Shown here in pieces: positions 12,200 through 24,400 of a stretch of DNA of 44,241 nucleotides. The translations under genes and the position numbers were made by a program. Under the pieces are notes generated by a model. That model had not been told where the DNA came from. It worked only from the letters and a program-made list of their open reading frames with translations, and searched no databases. Source of the stretch: Heptranchias perlo (Eukaryota); the NCBI RefSeq assembly GCF_035084215.1, contig NW_027138525.1, positions 1-44,241 on the forward strand. Direction: 5' to 3'. Positions within the stretch are counted from its first letter, which is position 1, and each line of letters starts with the position of its first letter.

Positions 12200-12280
12200 G
12201 CGGAGAGATTGGCTGCAGAGCCCGGAACGGAAGACAATGAGAGAAGCTTCCTGCAGCAGGAGAGAAAGTGAAAGCAGAAC
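12200..12280 (+). promoter_or_regulatory. Putative TAPBPL proximal promoter: inverted CCAAT (ATTGG 12208-12212), tandem ETS-like CCGGAACGGAAG (~12222-12233), ISRE/IRF-E GAAAGTGAAAGC (12264-12275)
   Basis: Motif matches 100-170 nt upstream of the ATG in CpG-rich sequence. IRF elements are typical of interferon-inducible MHC class I pathway genes. Confidence 0.65.
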
Positions 12281-12377
12281 ATGTCTCTCCCCTGCGAGGC
12301 CCTACCCCATCGAACGACCCTGAACCAGCCGGAGAGGACAGGACAGGACACGACCTGGGGGACAGAGACCACCGACA

Positions 12378-12414
12378 ATGAACCTCGCACTCCCCTGTCT
12401 CCTTCTCTCGCTGG
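12378..12414 (+). CDS. TAPBPL: TAPBPL exon 1 (signal peptide MNLALPCLLLSL)
   Basis: ACAATG in an A(-3) context, hydrophobic peptide, G|GTAAGA donor in phase 1 that matches exon 2. Confidence 0.85.
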
Positions 12415-15400
12415 GTAAGAAACTTGCCTCTCGTCCAGACCTGGGAGCGTTTGATGGGGACGGTGTAGAGGGAGCTTTACTCTGTATCTCACCCTGAGAG
12501 TGTTTGATGGGACAGTGTAGAGGGAGCTTTACTCTGTATCTAACCCTGTACCTGCCCTGGGAGTGTTTGATGGGACAGTGTAGAGGGAGCTTTACTCTGT
12601 ATCTAACCCTGTACCTGCCCTGGGAGTGTTTGATGGGACAGTGTAGAGGGAGCTTTACTCTGTATCTAACCCTGTACCTGCCCTGGGAGTGATTGATGGG
12701 ACAGTGTAGAGGGAGCTTTACTCTGTATCTAACCCTGTACCTGCCCTGGGAGTGTTTGATGGGACAGTGCAGAGGGAGCTTTACTCTGTATCTAACCCTG
12801 TACCTGCCCTGGGAGTGTTTGATGGGACAGTGTAGAGGGAGCTTTACTCTGTATCTAACCCTGTACCTGCCCCTGGGAGTGTTTGACGGGACAGTGTAGA
12901 GGGAGCTTTACTCTGTATCTAACCCTGTACCTGACCCTGGGAGTGTTTGACGGGACGGTGTAGAGGGAGCTTTACTCTGTGTCTAACCCTGTACCTGCCC
13001 TGGGAGTGTTTGATGGGACAGTGTAGAGGGAGCTTTACTCTGTATCTAACCCTGTACCTGCCCCTGGGAGTGTTTGACGGGACAGTGTAGAGGGAGCTTT
13101 ACTCTGTATCTAACCCTGTACCTGACCCTGGGAGTGTTTGACGGGACGGTGTAGAGGGAGCTTTACTCTGTATCTAACCCTGTACCTGCCCTGGGAGTGT
13201 TTGACGGGACAGTGTAGAGGGAGCTTTACTCTGTATCTAACCCTGTACCTGACCCTGGGAGTGTTTGATGGGACAGTGTAGAGGGAGCTTTACTCTGTAT
13301 CTAACCCTGTACCTGCCCTGGGAGTGTTTGATGGGACAGTGTAGAGGGAGCTTTACTCTGTATCTAACCCTGTACCTGCCCTGGGAGTGTTTGACGGGAC
13401 GGTGTAGAGGGAGCTTTACTCTGCATCTAACCCTGTACCTGACCCTGGGAGTGTTTGACGGGACAGTGTAGAGGGAGCTTTACTCTGTATCTAACCCTGT
13501 ACCTGCCCTGGGAGTGTTTGATGGGACAGTGTAGAGGGAGCTTTACTCTGTATCGAACCCTGTACCTGCCCTGGGAGTGTTTGACGGGATGGTGTAGAGG
13601 GAGCTTTACTCTGTATCTAACCCTGTACCTGACCCTGGGAGTGTTTGATGGGACGTTGTAGAGGGAGCTTTACTCTGTATCTAACCCTGTACCTGCCCTG
13701 GGAGTGTTTGATGGGACAGTGTAGAGGGAGCTTTACTCTGTATCTAACCCTGTACCTGCCCTGGGAGTGTTTGATGGGACAGTGTAGAGGGAGCTTTACT
13801 CTGTATCTAACCCTGTACCTGCCCTGGGAGTGTTTGACGGGACAGTGTAGAGGGAGCTTTACTCTGTATCTAACCCTGTACCTGACCCTGGGAGTGTTTG
13901 ACGGGACAGTGTAGAGGGAGCTTTACTCTGTATCTAACCCTGTACCTGCCCTGGGAGTGTTTGATGGGACAGTGTCGAGGGAGCTTTACTCTGTATCTAA
14001 CCCTGTACCTGCCCTGGGAGTGTTTGATGGGACAGTGTAGAGGGAGCTTTACTCTGTATCTAACCCTGTACCTGACCCTGGGAGTGTTTGATGGGACAGT
14101 GTCGAGGGAGCTTTACTCTGTATCTAACCCTGTACCTGCCCTGGGAGTGTTTGATGGGACGGTGTAGAGGGAGCTTTACTCTGTATCTAACCCTGTACCT
14201 GCCCTGGGAGTGTTTGATGGGACAGTGTAGAGGGAGCTTTACTCTGTATCTAACCCTGTACCTGCCCTGGGAGTGTTTGACGGGACAGTGTAGAGGGAGC
14301 TTTACTCTGTATCTAACCCTGTACCTGCCCTGGGAGTGTTTGATGGGACAGTGTAGAGGGAGCTTTACTCTGTATCTAACCCTGTACCTGCCCTGGGAGT
14401 GTTTGACGGGACAGTGTAGAGGGAGCTTTACTCTGTATCTAACCCTGCACCTGCCCTGGGAGTGTTTGATGGGACAGTGTAGAGGGAGCTTTACTCTGTA
14501 TCCAACCCTGTACCTGCCCTGGGAGTGTTTGACGGGACAGTGTAGAGGGAGCTTTACTCTGTATCTAACCCTGTACCTGCCCTGGGAGTGTTTGATGGGA
14601 CAGTGTAGAGGGAGCTTTACTCTGTATCTAACCCTGTACCTGCCCTGGGAGTGTTTGACGGGACAGTGTAGAGGGAGCTTTACTCTGTATCTAACCCTGT
14701 ACCTGCCCTGGGAGTGTTTGATGGGACAGTGTAGAGGGAGCTTTACTCTGTATCTAACCCTGTACCTGCCCTGGGAGTGTTTGATGGGACGGTGTAGAGG
14801 GAGCTTTACTCTGTATCTAACCCTGTAACTGCCCTGTGAGTGTTTGATGGGACAGTGTAGAGGGAGCTTTACTCTGTATCTAACCCTGTACCTGCCCTGG
14901 GAGTGTTTGACGGGACAGTGTAGAGGGAGCTTTACTCTGTATCTAACCCTGTACCTGCCCTGGGAGTGTTTGACGGGACAGTGTAGAGGGAGCTTTACTC
15001 TGTATCTAACCCTGTACCTGCCCTGGGAGTGTTTGATGGGACGGTGTAGAGGGAGCTTTACTCTGTATCTAACCCTGTACCTGCCCTGGGAGTGTTTGAT
15101 GGGACAGTGTAGAGGGAGCTTTACTCTGTATCTAACCCTGTACCTGCCCTGGGAGTGTTTGATGGGACAGTGTAGAGGGAGCTTTACTCTGTATCTAACC
15201 CTGTACCTGCCCTGGGAGTGTTTGATGGGACAGTGTAGAGGGAGCTTTACTCTGTATCTAACCCTGTACCTGCCCTGGGAGTGTTTGATGGGACGGTGTA
15301 GAGGGAGCTTTACTCTGTATCTAACCCTGTACCTGCCCTGGGAGTGTTTGATGGGACGGTGTAGAGGGAGCTTTACTCTGTATCTAACCCTGTACCTGAC

Positions 15401-18400
15401 CCTGGGAGTGTTTGATGGGACAGTGCAGAGGGAGCTTTACTCTGTATCTAACCCTGTACCTGCCCTGGGAGTGTTTGACGGGACAGTGTAGAGGGAGCTT
15501 TACTCTGTATCTAACCCTGTACCTGACCCTGGGAGTGTTTGACGGGACAGTGTAGAGGGAGCTTTACTCTGTATCTAACCCTGTACCTGACCCTGGGAGT
15601 GTTTGACGGGACAGTGTAGAGGGAGCTTTACTCTGTATCTAACCCTGTACCTGCCCTGGGAGTGTTTGACGGGACAGTGTAGAGGGAGCTTTACTCTGTA
15701 TCTAACCCTGTACCTGCCCTGGGAGTGTTTGATGGGACAGTGTAGAGGGAGCTTTACTCTGTATCTAACCCTGTACCTGCCCTGGGGGTGTTTGATGGGA
15801 CAGTGTAGAGGGAGCTTTACTCTGTATCTAACCCTGAACCTGCCCTGGGAGTGTTTGATGGGACAGTGTAGAGGGAGCTTTACTCTGTATCTAACCCTGT
15901 ACCTGCCCTGGGAGTGTTTGATGGGACAGTGTAGAGGGAGCTTTACTCTGTATCTAACCCTGTACCTGCCCTGGGTGTGTTTGATGGGACAGTGTAGAGG
16001 GAGCTTTACTCTGTATCTAACCCTGTACCTGCCCTGGGAGTGTTTGATGGGACAGTGTAGAGGGAGCTTTACTCTGTATCTAACCCTGTACCTGCCCTGG
16101 GAGTGTTTGATGGGACAGTGTAGAGGGAGCTTTACTCTGTATCTAACCCTGTACCTGACCCTGGGAGTGTTTGATGGGACAGTGTAGAGGGAGCTTTACT
16201 CTGTATCTAACCCTGTACCTGACCCTGGGAGTGTTTGATGGGACAGTGTGGAGGGAGCTTTACTCTGTATCTAACCCTGTACCTGACCCTGGGAGTGTTT
16301 GATGGGACAGTGTGGAGGGAGCTTTACTCTGTATCTAACCCTGTACCTGCCCTGGGAGTGTTTGACGGGACAGTGTAGAGGGAGCTTTACTCTGTATCTC
16401 ACCCTGTTGTATTCGTTCCCAGTCTTGGGCCTGCGAGCTCAATCTGAGCCCCTCTCTCCCCGTCAGGCCGTGGACCTGGTCCTGGATTGCTGGTTTGTGA
16501 AGCAGGGCGGGCGACTGACGACCTTCGGAGGGGGATTCAACCGGGACAAAGCTCTTTTCGTCCTGCGAAACATCAGTGTCCCTGAAGACGAAAGCAGCTC
16601 CACCTGGACTGGCTACGAACCCCGGGACGAGGACCGAGATCTGATCATCTTCGAGGGCGTTGGTGAGAGATCACATCAAGTTTACAGTCCAGAATCAGGC
16701 CGTTCGGCCCATCGTGCTCCGTGCTGGTGCTCATGCTCCACACGAGCCTCCTCCCTCCCCTCCTCCATCTCCCCCCTCTCCTTCCGTTCCTTTCTCCCTC
16801 ATGTGTCTATCCAGCTTCCCCCCTTAAATCCATCTCCACTATTCCCCTCGACTACTCCTCGAGGGACCGAGTTCCACATTCCCACCGCTCTCTGGGGAAA
16901 GAAGGTTCTCCTGAATTCCCCGATTGGATTTATTGGTGACTCTCTTATATTTATGGCCCCCCCCCTAGTTCTGGTCTCTCCCCCACAAATGGAGACATCT
17001 TCTCTACGTCTACCCTATCGAAACCCTTTCATAATCTTAAAGACCTCCATCAGGTCACACAGTGCTCCAAGTGTGGTCTAACCAAGGTATATGGAGACCA
17101 GAACTGTGCACAGTGCTCCGAGTGTGGTCTAACCAAGATATATGGAGACCAGAACTGTGCACAGTGCTCCAAGTGTGGTCTAACCCAGGTATCTGGAGAC
17201 CAGAACTGTGCACAGTGCTCCAAGTGTGGTCTAACCAAGGTATATGGAGACCAGAACTGTGCACAGTGCTCCAAGTGTGGTCTAACCAGGGTATATGGAG
17301 ACCAGAACTGTGCACAGTGCTCCAAGTGTGGTCTAACCAAGGTATATGGAGACCAGAACTGTGCACAGTGCTCCGAGTGTGGTCTAACCAAGGTATATGG
17401 AGACCAGAACTGTGCACAGTGCTCCGAGTGTGGTCTAACCAAGGTATATGGAGACCAGAACTGTGCACAGTGCTCCGAGTGTGGTCTAACCAAGGTATAT
17501 GGAGACCAGAACTGTGCACAGTGCTCCAAGTGTGGTCTAACCCAGGTATATGGAGACCAGAACTATGCACAGTGCTCCAAGTGTGGTCTAACCCAGGTAT
17601 ATGGAGACCAGAACTGCGCACAGTGCTCCAAGTGTGGTCTAACCAACGTATATGGAGACCAGAACTGTGCACAGTGCTCCAAGTGTGGTCTAACCAAGGT
17701 ATATGGAGACCAGAACTGTGCACAGTGCTCCAAGTGTGGTCTAACCCAGGTATATGGAGACCAGTACTGTGCACAGTGCTCCGAGTGTGGTCTAACCAAG
17801 GTATATGGAGACCAGAACTGTGCACAGTGCTCCGAGTGTGGTCTAACCAAGGTATATGGAGACCAGAACTGTGCACAGTGCTCCAAGTGTGGTCTAACCC
17901 AGGTATATGGAGACCAGAACTGTGCACAGTGCTCCGAGTGTGGTCTAACCAAGGTATATGGAGACCAGAACTGTGCACAGTGCTCCAAGTGTGGTCTAAC
18001 CAAGGTATATGGAGACCAGAACTGTGCACAGTGCTCCAAGTGTGGTCTAACCAAGGTATATGGAGACCAGAACTGTGCACAGTGCTCCAAGTGTGGTCTA
18101 ACCAAGGTATATGGAGACCAGAACTGTGCACAGTGCTCCAAGTGTGGTCTAACCAAGGTATATGGAGACCAGAACTGTGCACAGTGCTCCAAGTGTGGTC
18201 TAACCAAGGTATATGGAGACCAGAACTGTGCACAGTGCTCCAAGTGTGGTCTAACCAAGGTATATGGAGACCAGAACTGTGCACAGTGCTCCAAGTGTGG
18301 TCTAACCAAGGTATATGGAGACCAGAACTGTGCACAGTGCTCCGAGTGTGGTCTAACCAAGGTATATGGAGACCAGGACTGTGCACAGTGCTCCAAGTGT

Positions 18401-21400
18401 GGTCTAACCAAGGTATATGGAGACCAGAACTGTGCACAGTGCTCCGAGTGTGGTCTAACCAAGGTGTATGGAGACCAGAACTGTGCACAGTGCTCCAAGT
18501 GTGGTCTAACCAAGGTATATGGAGACCAGAACTGTACACAGTGCTCCAAGTGTGGTCTAACCAAGGTATATGGAGACCAGAACTGTGCACAGTGCTCCAA
18601 GTGTGGTCTAACCAAGGTATATGGAGACCAGAACTGTGCACAGTGCTCCAAGTGTGGTCTCACCAAGGTATATGGAGACCATAACTGTGCCCAGTGCTCC
18701 AAGTGTGGACTAACCCAGGTATATGGAGACCAGAACTGTGCATAGTGCTCCGAGTGTGGTCTAACCCAGGTATATGGAGACCAGAACTGTGCACAGTGCT
18801 CCGAGTGTGGACTAACCCAGGTATATGGAGACCAGAACTGTGCGCAGTGCTCCGAGTGTGGTCTAACCCAGGTATATGGAGACCAGAACTGTGCACAGTG
18901 CTCCGAGTGTGGTCTAACCCAGGTATATGGAGACCAGAACTGTGCACAGTGCTCCGAGTGTGGACTAACCCAGGTATATGGAGACCAGAACTGTGCACAG
19001 TGCTCCGAGTGTGGACTCACCAAGGTTCTATACAAGTTTAACAGAACTTCTCTGCTTTTCAATTCTATCAGGTTCTATTTCAGATTCCCTGCCCATTTTG
19101 CTCGGTAGAATGAGGAGAGGCGATATAAACTCTTTGGAACCTCCTCCAGCCCCTCCAACCCTCCGAGATCTCTGCACTCCTCCAATTCTGGCCCCTTGCG
19201 CCTCTCCCCGATTTCCATAGGCAGCCTGTGCCTTCAGCTGTCTGGGCGCCTTGCTCTGGAATATCCCCCCAAACATCCTCGCCTCAGTACTGACCCTCCG
19301 ACAGTGCGGCGCTCCCTCAGTACCGACCCTCCCACAGTGCGGCGCTCCCTCAGTACTGACCCTCCGACAGTGCGGCGCTCCCTCAGTACTGACCCTCCGA
19401 CAGTGCGGCGCTCCCTCAGTACTGACCCTCCGACAGTGCGGCCCTCCCTCAGTACTGACCCTCCGACAGTGCGGCGCTCCCTCAGTACTGACCCTCCGAC
19501 AGTGCAGCGTTCCCTCAGAACCGACCCTCCGACAGTGCGGCGCTCCCTCAGTACTGACCCTCCGACAGTGCGGCGCTCCCTCAGTACTGACCCTCCGACA
19601 GTGCGGCGCTCCCTCAGTACTGACCCTCCGACAGTGCGGCGCTCCCTCAGTACTGACCCTCCGACAGTGCGGCGCTCCCTCGGCACTGTCCCTCCCGGGG
19701 GAGTGGGAATAATCGGACAGCTCCCTCGAAAGAGCTGGCACGCTCCCCTCGGCCGGTTTCCCTCCTTTTTTGACTCTCCCTCCTCCCTCCAGTTTCAGAT
19801 GTCCCGATCCCAGACGGGGATCTGCTGCTTCACGCAGACTGTGGAGGGCAAGACGTTAGCTGTGAGATCGCCAGCTTCCACCCGGAGAGGGGCCCGGGAG
19901 AGGAGGAGGAGGACGAGGCCTCCGCGTCCTGGTTCATCGGGAGCCTCCGGATCGAGGGAGGGGCTCTGAGCATCTGCCTGGTGATGCGGAACGTGCCTGT
20001 CCCCGGGGAGGAGAGGGTGGGGCGGGCCTCGAACGAGGGGCTAAACCTGCCACTCAGTGCGAGAGGGACCATCAGTCTATCAGGTACGCAGAGAGGGAAT
20101 GGTCAGGAAGGGGCTTGGGTCCATTGGGATTGTGTACAGTGGGAGTGAATGGGAAGGGGTTTGGTCCATTGGGATTGTGTACAGTGGGAGTGAATGGGAA
20201 GGGGTTTGGTCCCTTGGGATTGTGTACAGTGGGAGTGAATGGGAAGGGGTTTGGTCCATTGGGATTGTGTACAGTGGGAGTGAACGGGAAGGGGTTTGGA
20301 CCATTGGGATTGTGTACAGTGGGAGTGAATGGGAAGGGGTTTGGTCCATTGGGATTGTGTAGAGTGGGAGTGAACGGGAAGGGGTTTGGTCCATTGGGAT
20401 TGTGTACAGTGGGAGTGAATGGGAAGGGGTTTGGTCCATTGGGATTGTGTACAGTGGGAGTGAATGGGAAGGGGTTTGATCCATTGGGATTGTGTACAGG
20501 GGGAGTGAATAGGAAGGGGTTTGGTCCATTGGGATTGTGTACAGTGGGAGTGAATGGGAAGGGGTTTGGTCCATTGGGATTGTGTACAGTGGGAGTGAAT
20601 GGGAAGGGGTTTGGTCCATTGGGATTGTGTACAGTGGGAGTGAATGGGAAGGGGTTTGGTCCATTGGGATTGTGTACAGTAGCAGTGAATGGGAAGGGGT
20701 TTGGTCCATTGGGATTGTGTACAGTGGGAGTGAATGGGAAGGGGTTTGGTCCATTGGGATTGTGTACAGTGGGAGTGAATGGGAAGGGGTTTGGTCCATT
20801 GGGATTGTGTACAGTGGGAGTGAATGGGAAGGGATTTGATCCATTGGGATTGTGTACAGGGGGAGTGAATAGGAAGGGGTTTGGTCCATTGGGATTGTGT
20901 ACAGTGGGAGTGAATGGGAAGGGGTTTGGTCCATTGGGATTGTGTACAGTGGGAGTGAATGGGAAGGGGTTTGGTCCATTGGGATTGTGTACAGTGGGAG
21001 CGAACGGGAAGGGGTTTGGTCCATTGGGATTGTGTACAGTGGGAGTGAATGGGAAGGGGTTTGGTCCCATTGGGATTGTGTACAGTGGGAGTGAATGGGA
21101 AGGGGTTTGGTCCCATTGGGATTGTGTACAGTGGGAGTGAATGGGAAGGGGTTTGGTCCATTGGGATTGTGTACAGTGGGAGTGAACGGGAAGGGGTTTG
21201 ATCCATTGGGATTGTGTAGAGTGGGAGTGAATGGGAAGGGGTTGGTCCATTGGGATTGTGTACGGTGGGAGTGAATGGGAAGGGGTTTGGTCCATTGGGA
21301 TTGTGTACGGTGGGAGTGAACGGGAAGGGGTTTGATCCATTGGGATTGTGTACAGTGGGAGTGAATGGGAAGGGGTTTGGTCCATTGGGATTGTGTACAG

Positions 21401-24400
21401 TGGGAGTGAATGGGAAGGGGTTTGGTCCATTGGGATTGTGTAGAGTGGGAGTGAATGGGAAGGGGTTTGGTCCATTGGGATTGTGTACAGTGGGAGTGAA
21501 TGGGAAGGGGTTTGGACCATTGGGATTGTGTACAGTGGGAGTGAACGGGAAGGGGTTTGGTCCATTGGGATTGTGTACAGTGGGAGTGAATGGGAAGGGG
21601 TTTGGTCCATTGGGATTGTGTACAGTGGGAGTGAATGGGAAGGGGTTTGTTCCATTGGGATTGTGTAGAGTGGGAGTGAACGGGAAGGGGTTTGATCCAT
21701 TGGGATTGTGTAGAGTGGGAGTGAATGGGAAGGTGTTTGGTCCATTGGGATTGTGTACAGTGGGAGTGAATGGGAAGGGGTTTGATCCATTGGGATTGTG
21801 TAGAGTGGGAGTGAATGGGAAGGGGTTTGGTCCATTGGGATTGTGTACAGTGGGAGTGAACGGGAAGGGGTTTGGTCCATTGGGATTGTGTACAGTGGGA
21901 GTGAATGGGAAGGGGTTTGGTCCATTGGGATTGTGTACAGTGGGAGTGAATGGGAAGGGGTTTGGTCCATTGGGATTGTGTACAGTGGGAGTGAATGGGA
22001 AGGGGTTTGTTCCATTGGGATTGTGTAGAGTGGGAGTGAACGGGAAGGGGTTTGATCCATTGGGATTGTGTAGAGTGGGAGTGAATGGGAAGGTGTTTGG
22101 TCCATTGGGATTGTGTACAGTGGGAGTGAATGGGAAGGGGTTTGATCCATTGGGATTGTGTACAGTGGGAGTGAATGGGAAGGGGTTTGGTCCATTGGGA
22201 TTGTGTACAGTGGGAGTGAATGGGAAGGGGTTTGGTCCATTGGGATTGTGTAGAGTGGGAGTGAACGGGAAGGGGTTTGGTCCATTGGGATTCATCCTCA
22301 TTATCTTCCCCTGATTCCCCAGTGAATTTCCTGGTCTTCACCCGCACCCCGACCATCAAGACAGGTCTGGGACAGAGTGTCCTCCTGGATTGCGGCTTTG
22401 CCGGTGGTGAGGGTTCCGGGGTCTCGGTCGAGTGGCGTTTGCAGCACAAGGGGAGCGGACGTATGGTTTACACACTGACAGAGGGCGAGGGGAAGGCCAA
22501 GAGGCTCGGGGCTGAGATGGACTTGGAGAAGGTGCTGACAGAGGGCAACGTCTCGCTGCGTCTGGACGATTTCACGGTACGAGACGAAGGGACCTACATC
22601 TGCACAGTCCGAGGGTCAGTCGGCCAAGCGCAGCAGACAATCCAGGTCCAGGTCCTTGGTACGTATTAGACACCAGTCAGTGTACAGATATCTCCCCGAG
22701 AGAGAGAGAGGGGACTGAGAGACACCAGTCAGTGTACAGATATCTCCCTGAGAGAGAGGGGACTGAGAGACACCAGTCAGTGTACAGATATCTCCCTGAG
22801 AGAGGGGGGACTGAGAGACACCAGTCAGTGTACAGATATCTCCCTGAGAGAGGGGGGACTGAGAGACACCAGTCAGTGTACAGATATCTCCCTGAGAGAG
22901 AGGGACTGAGAGACACCAGTCTGTGTACAGATATCTCCCTGAGAGAGAGGGGACTGAGAGACACCAGTCAGTGTACAGATATCTCCCTGAGAGAGAGGGG
23001 ACTGAGAGACACCAGTCAGTGTACAGATATCACCCTGAGAGAGGGGACTGAGAGACACCAGTCAGTGTACAGATATCTCCCTGAGAGAGAGGGGACTGAG
23101 AGACACCAGTCAGTGTACAGATATCTCCCTGAGAGAGAGGGGACTGAGAGACACCAGTCAGTGTACAGATATCTCCCCGAGAGAGAGGGGACTGAGAGAC
23201 ACCAGTCAGTGTACAGATATCTCCCTGAGAGAGAGGGGACTGAGAGACACCAGTCAGTGTACAGATATCTCGCTGAGAGAGAGGGGACTGAGAGACACCA
23301 GTCAGTGTACAGATATCTCCCTGAGAGAGAGAGGACTGAGAGACACCAGTCAGTGTACAGATATCTCCCTGAGAGAGAGGGGACTGAGAGACACCAGTCA
23401 GTGTACAGATATCTCCCTGAGAGAGAGGGGACTGAGAGACACCAGTCAGTGTACAGATATCTCCCTGAGAGAGAGGGGACTGAGAGACACCAGTCAGTGT
23501 ACAGATATCTCCCTGAGAGAGAGGGGACTGAGAGACACCAGTCAGTGTACAGATATCACCCTGAGAGAGGGGACTGAGAGACACCAGTCAGTGTACAGAT
23601 ATCTCCCTGAGAGAGAGGGGACTGAGAGACACCAGTCAGTGTACAGATATCTCCCTGAGAGAGAGGGGACTGAGAGACACCAGTCAGTGTACAGATATCT
23701 CCCCGAGAGAGAGGGGACTGAGAGACACCAGTCAGTGTACAGATATCTCCCTGAGAGAGAGGGGACTGAGAGACACCAGTCAGTGTACAGATATCTCCCT
23801 GAGAGAGAGGGACTGAGAGACACCAGTCAGTGTACAGATATCTCCCTGAGAGAGGGGACTGAGAGACACCAGTCAGTGTACAGATATCTCGCTGAGAGAG
23901 AGGGGACTGAGATACACCAGTCAGTGTACAGATATCTCCCTGAGAGAGAGAGGACTGAGAGACACCAGTCAGTGTACAGATATCTCCCTGAGAGAGAGGG
24001 GACTGAGAGACACCAGTCAGTGTACAGATATCTCCCTGAGAGAGAGGGGACTGAGAGACACCAGTCAGTGTACAGATATCACCCTGAGAGAGAGAGGGAC
24101 TGAGAGACACCAGTCAGTGTACAGATATCTCCCTGAGAGAGAGGGACTGAGAGACACCAGTCAGTGTACAGATATCTCCCTGAGAGAGAGGGGACTGAGA
24201 GACACCAGTCAGTGTACAGATATCTCCCTGAGAGAGAGGGGACTGAGAGACACCAGTCAGTGTACAGATATCTCCCTGAGAGAGAGGGGACTGAGAGACA
24301 CCAGTCAGTGTACAGATATCTCCCTGAGAGAGAGGGACTGAGAGACACCAGTCAGTGTACAGATATCTCCCTGAGAGAGAGGGACTGAGAGACACCAGTC

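Noticed and set aside
17056-19025. RSS heptamer CACAGTG and signal-joint-like AACTGTGCACAGTG in each 51-bp unit
   Set aside because: No nonamer at 12- or 23-bp spacing. The motif is explained by the CR1 codons for EHCAQF.
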